From a bacterium (GTDB taxonomy: Bacteria > Bacteroidota > Ignavibacteria > UBA10030): a DNA stretch of 33,714 nucleotides. Where the stretch lies: contig JAZDJN010000030.1 in NCBI GenBank assembly GCA_043803945.1, positions 1 through 33,714 on the forward strand, read 5' to 3'. Shown here piece by piece: positions 30,705-33,714 of the stretch. A program made the translations under genes and the position numbers. The notes beneath the pieces were generated by a model. The model searched no databases, was not told where the DNA came from, and saw nothing but the letters and a program-made list of their open reading frames with translations. The number at the start of each line of letters is the position of its first letter. The stretch's first letter is position 1.

Positions 30705-32189
30705 ATGACAGAAAATCCGTATCGACGGGGTGATGAGATCGATCTGGTACTCGACCAGGCTGCATTCGAGGGGAAATGTGTCGGACGGACGGAGGGATTC
30801 GTTATATTTGTGGAGGGCGCTGTACCGGGCGATGTGGTGCGGGTGAAGCTTCTCAAGGTGAAAAAGAATTTTGCAGAAGCATCGGTCGTTTCAATTCTCT
30901 CACCATCCCCTGTCCGTGTTGAGCCGCGCTGCAAACATTTTGGTGTTTGCGGCGGGTGCAAATGGCAGCACGTTGATTATCAGGCACAACTCCGCTTCAA
31001 GCAGCAGCATGTGATCGATGCGTTTGAACGGATTGGCGGTTTTTCAGAGTTGAACATATTCCCTATCATCGGATCGGAGAATCAATATTTCTACCGAAAT
31101 AAAATGGAGTACTCCTTTTCCGATATGGAATGGGTTGAGGTCCTTCCTGAGAAATCCACACCTTCAACTTCTCCTGATCCCCAATCGCCTTACAACGATT
31201 CTTCATCTATCATCTCACCTCTCCCGGCTCACCAAAATGTTTTTCTTGGGCTCCATGTTCCTCAGCGTTATGATAAGGTGCTCGAAATTCAGGAATGCCA
31301 TCTTCAATCGCAACTCTCCAACCGAGTTCTGAATTTTGTCCGGATGTTTTCCAGAGATCATCGGTTCGATGTTTATAGTTCCAAGCAGGAAGCCGGATAC
31401 CTGCGGTTTCTTGTCATTCGTCAGAGTGTTCGAACGAAGGAATTGATGGTGAACCTTGTGACCTTCGAGCACCGTCCTGATGTGATGCGGTTATTCACCG
31501 AAGAGCTCCGGAAAGAAATTCCCGAGGTCACAACTATTGTCAATACCATCAACCGGAAGAGGTCGCAAATCGCCTTTGGCGAAGAAGAGTTCGTCTATCT
31601 GGGGAAGGGGAGCATTCACGAGACATTAGGCGGACTTACCTTCACCATTTCACCGGCATCATTTTTTCAAACCAATACGGTACAGGCTGAAAAACTCTAT
31701 CAAGTTGCAGCATCGTTTGCCAATCTGAAGCCGGAGGACGTTGTGTGGGATCTCTATTCCGGAACAGGATCCATAGCGTTGGTTCTAAGTGCAATGGTAA
31801 AGGAAGTTGTCGGTATTGAGTCTGTGCACAGCGCTGTGAAGGATGCCGAGCGAAATGCCCGGCATAATTCTGTGACGAACTGCCGGTTCATTCTCGGCGA
31901 TCTGAAAGATTGTCTGACAAAAGATACCGCATGGATGGAAAAAGGGAAGAAACCGGACGTGATGGTGATCGATCCGCCGCGGAGCGGGATGCACTCAAAG
32001 GTTGTTGAGGAGATCCTGGCTCTTGCCCCTTCACGCATTGTCTATGTGAGCTGCAATCCTGCGACGCAGGCCCGCGACGTCAAACTGCTCTGTGATCAGA
32101 AATACCGGCTCACGGCGTTACAGCCGGTCGATATATTTCCGCATACATACCATGTAGAGAATGTAGTGCAACTGATGGAGAGAATATAG
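30705..32189 (+). CDS. rlmD: 23S rRNA (uracil-1939-C5)-methyltransferase
   Basis: TRAM domain; CKHFGVCGGC Fe-S motif; YRNK, SFFQTN, DLYSGTG, DPPRSG, YVSCNP, D.FPHTYHVE. Confidence 0.93.
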   Translation: MTENPYRRGDEIDLVLDQAAFEGKCVGRTEGFVIFVEGAVPGDVVRVKLLKVKKNFAEASVVSILSPSPVRVEPRCKHFGVCGGCKWQHVDYQAQLRFKQQHVIDAFERIGGFSELNIFPIIGSENQYFYRNKMEYSFSDMEWVEVLPEKSTPSTSPDPQSPYNDSSSIISPLPAHQNVFLGLHVPQRYDKVLEIQECHLQSQLSNRVLNFVRMFSRDHRFDVYSSKQEAGYLRFLVIRQSVRTKELMVNLVTFEHRPDVMRLFTEELRKEIPEVTTIVNTINRKRSQIAFGEEEFVYLGKGSIHETLGGLTFTISPASFFQTNTVQAEKLYQVAASFANLKPEDVVWDLYSGTGSIALVLSAMVKEVVGIESVHSAVKDAERNARHNSVTNCRFILGDLKDCLTKDTAWMEKGKKPDVMVIDPPRSGMHSKVVEEILALAPSRIVYVSCNPATQARDVKLLCDQKYRLTALQPVDIFPHTYHVENVVQLMERI

Positions 32190-32232
32190 AAATGCAGGAG
32201 AAAGGTGAGTTACTAAGTCTCATCTCGTGAGT

Positions 32233-32889
32233 TCAATTCCCCGAACCTCCGCCCGGTTGACTGTTATCTGGTTCAAAGAGAACACTTTTATCATCCGAAA
32301 AAATACTCTTGGCAATTAAATATACCGTTACACCGACCACTACGACGACGGCTGCAACGACGAACCACTTCATTCTTTTCAGAATTCCTTGATCGAAGGT
32401 GTTGATGTCATCAGCGATTTCATTCACTGCTTGATGGAGATCATTCATCTCACCGACAATTTCCCATGATTTGTTAAATACCACTTCGGCAGATGAGGTT
32501 TCTACGATGCGCAGTGAGAGTGTAAAGAGTTTTCCCCGTCGTATGAGACTTCCGGAAAGAACACGATCCACCCCTAATATTTTTCCTGCTTCGGCAATTG
32601 TATGCAGGGATACGATATCCTGAAGAGGGAATTTCGCTTTCATCAGTTCTGTCTCAGCATCATTCGAGGAAACGATCAGGTATTTTCCTGCTGCAGCAAT
32701 TTTCGATTCGAGTTCTCTCGCAAACGAATCTGACTCACTACGAGTGATTCCTTCGTTGATGAAGAATGGAATAAAGCCTAATTTCTGTTGGAGAGCGCGG
32801 CCGGTGATTCCTGAAGAAACTGTACAGCAATAAACACTTTCCAGAATCAATGTTGTACAGAGCAGGAGAATAAAGAGTTGTCGTACCAT
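32233..32889 (-). CDS. Exported hypothetical protein, CsgG/TolB-N-like alpha/beta domain with C-terminal TM anchor
   Basis: Signal-like N-terminus; AGKILGVDRVLSGSL...LSLRIVET.SAEVV pattern; Val-rich TM helix near the C-terminus. Confidence 0.65.
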   Translation of the reverse strand: MVRQLFILLLCTTLILESVYCCTVSSGITGRALQQKLGFIPFFINEGITRSESDSFARELESKIAAAGKYLIVSSNDAETELMKAKFPLQDIVSLHTIAEAGKILGVDRVLSGSLIRRGKLFTLSLRIVETSSAEVVFNKSWEIVGEMNDLHQAVNEIADDINTFDQGILKRMKWFVVAAVVVVVGVTVYLIAKSIFSDDKSVLFEPDNSQPGGGSGN

Positions 32890-32918
32890 GGTGTTTAGGG
32901 TAGTTGAAAATTCGATGG

Positions 32919-33413
32919 CTAAAATTGACGTATACCGGTTCTAAACTCCATTGTTAATTCATCTGAGAGCTTCTTCAAGTATGCACGCACCATTGGGGTG
33001 ATGGGGGCATTGACCCACTTTTGAGTGGTAATATAGCGAACCTGATTTTCTACAGTAAACTTAACGACGTGGAGGTCTGAAAAAGCATCCGTCTGTCTGA
33101 CCCTGCGTGGAGAGGCTTGAATAAAAAGACGAATTCTCCCCTCCTCAAAGCCTTTCTCCACTTCATCATTCATTGCGGAACGAAGTTTCCACGATGATTC
33201 AAAGGAGATCATATCGCTGTCTTCTGTATAGCGCAAGATTTCGAAATTGAATTTTGTAAAGAACTTTCTGGTTTTTTCTTTAATGTCGAGTGCCGTTGCT
33301 GTTCCAATGTTCTCGCTATAGGTATCTGAAGCTTCGCGTGAAGCGGAAGAAGTACCGGAACAACCCAGGATGGTGAGTAATCCGAAAAGGAAGAGAAGAG
33401 AGAGATATTTCAT
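32919..33413 (-). CDS. Hypothetical lipoprotein
   Basis: ATG 33413: MKYLSLLFLFGLLTILGC (lipobox ILGC). Confidence 0.75.
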   Translation of the reverse strand: MKYLSLLFLFGLLTILGCSGTSSASREASDTYSENIGTATALDIKEKTRKFFTKFNFEILRYTEDSDMISFESSWKLRSAMNDEVEKGFEEGRIRLFIQASPRRVRQTDAFSDLHVVKFTVENQVRYITTQKWVNAPITPMVRAYLKKLSDELTMEFRTGIRQF

Positions 33414-33445
33414 TTCAAATACCGTTTTTATACTATGAAGAGAAT

Positions 33446-33484
33446 GGAAAAGAGACTCCACGATAAAGTCGAAGTCTCTTTTCC
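33446..33484. other. 12-bp inverted repeat upstream of the lipoprotein gene (terminator or regulatory stem)
   Basis: GGAAAAGAGACT ... AGTCTCTTTTCC. Confidence 0.5.
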
Positions 33485-33522
33485 GATAGTGTATTACCAA
33501 TTGAACAGTGACTTTAACTACA

Positions 33523-33650
33523 AACCACAAAGGTCACAAGGAAAAAACCATTGAATTATTTTGATTTTCTAATAGTTCTTCGTGTCCTTTTCAGCCAAAG
33601 GCTGATCCGCCAAACAGACGGCGGACAGGTGCGCCGCTGGCGCAGTGGTT
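33523..33650. mobile_element. CACNAAG-arm element (copy D) whose right arm is interrupted by palindromic insertions
   Basis: Left AACCACAAAGGTCACAAGGAA; right TTCTTCGTGTCCTTT + [33591-33644] + GTGGTT; the rejoined arm is an 18/21 IR. Confidence 0.7.
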
Positions 33651-33714
33651 GTACTTTTCGTCCAAGCTTCTCTAGAAGCCTGGCCGAAAAGTTAAGAACA
33701 TAATCAAACCACAA

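Noticed and set aside
33414-33530. N-terminal extension of the last ORF (likewise the ORF-track starts at 4075, 7018, 12387, 21894 and 27937)
   Set aside because: These extensions mostly run through promoters, hairpins or repeat arms; downstream starts give better RBS or signal peptides.

Overview
Bacterial chromosomal window, most likely from an Ignavibacteria-like (Bacteroidota/Chlorobi group) organism. This is inferred from two proteins with NYPNPFNP T9SS-type C-terminal domains and from the gene repertoire. It holds about 24 intact CDSs. Housekeeping genes are folA, thyX, speB, purA, murA, eno, a phosphohexomutase and rlmD. Envelope and secreted proteins include an FN3+FGE-sulfatase lipoprotein, a metzincin protease, a PlpD-like patatin-Omp85 fusion, M49 and M20 peptidases, an FG-GAP protein and a DUF5916 protein. 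There is also a probable transposase 5' end at the left edge and an internally deleted MarC remnant. The most striking signal is intergenic: a family of inverted-repeat elements whose arms are built from 8-10 nt CAC-N-R-AG units. One copy, between eno and the phosphohexomutase gene, encloses a GxxExxY PD-(D/E)xK nuclease-like gene. Three other loci carry empty copies; one of these is nested and one is interrupted by further palindromic insertions. Together they suggest a REPIN/MITE-like system with GxxExxY as candidate mobiliser. No rRNA, tRNA, CRISPR array or reverse transcriptase was seen. All protein calls are from motif recognition, not database searches.
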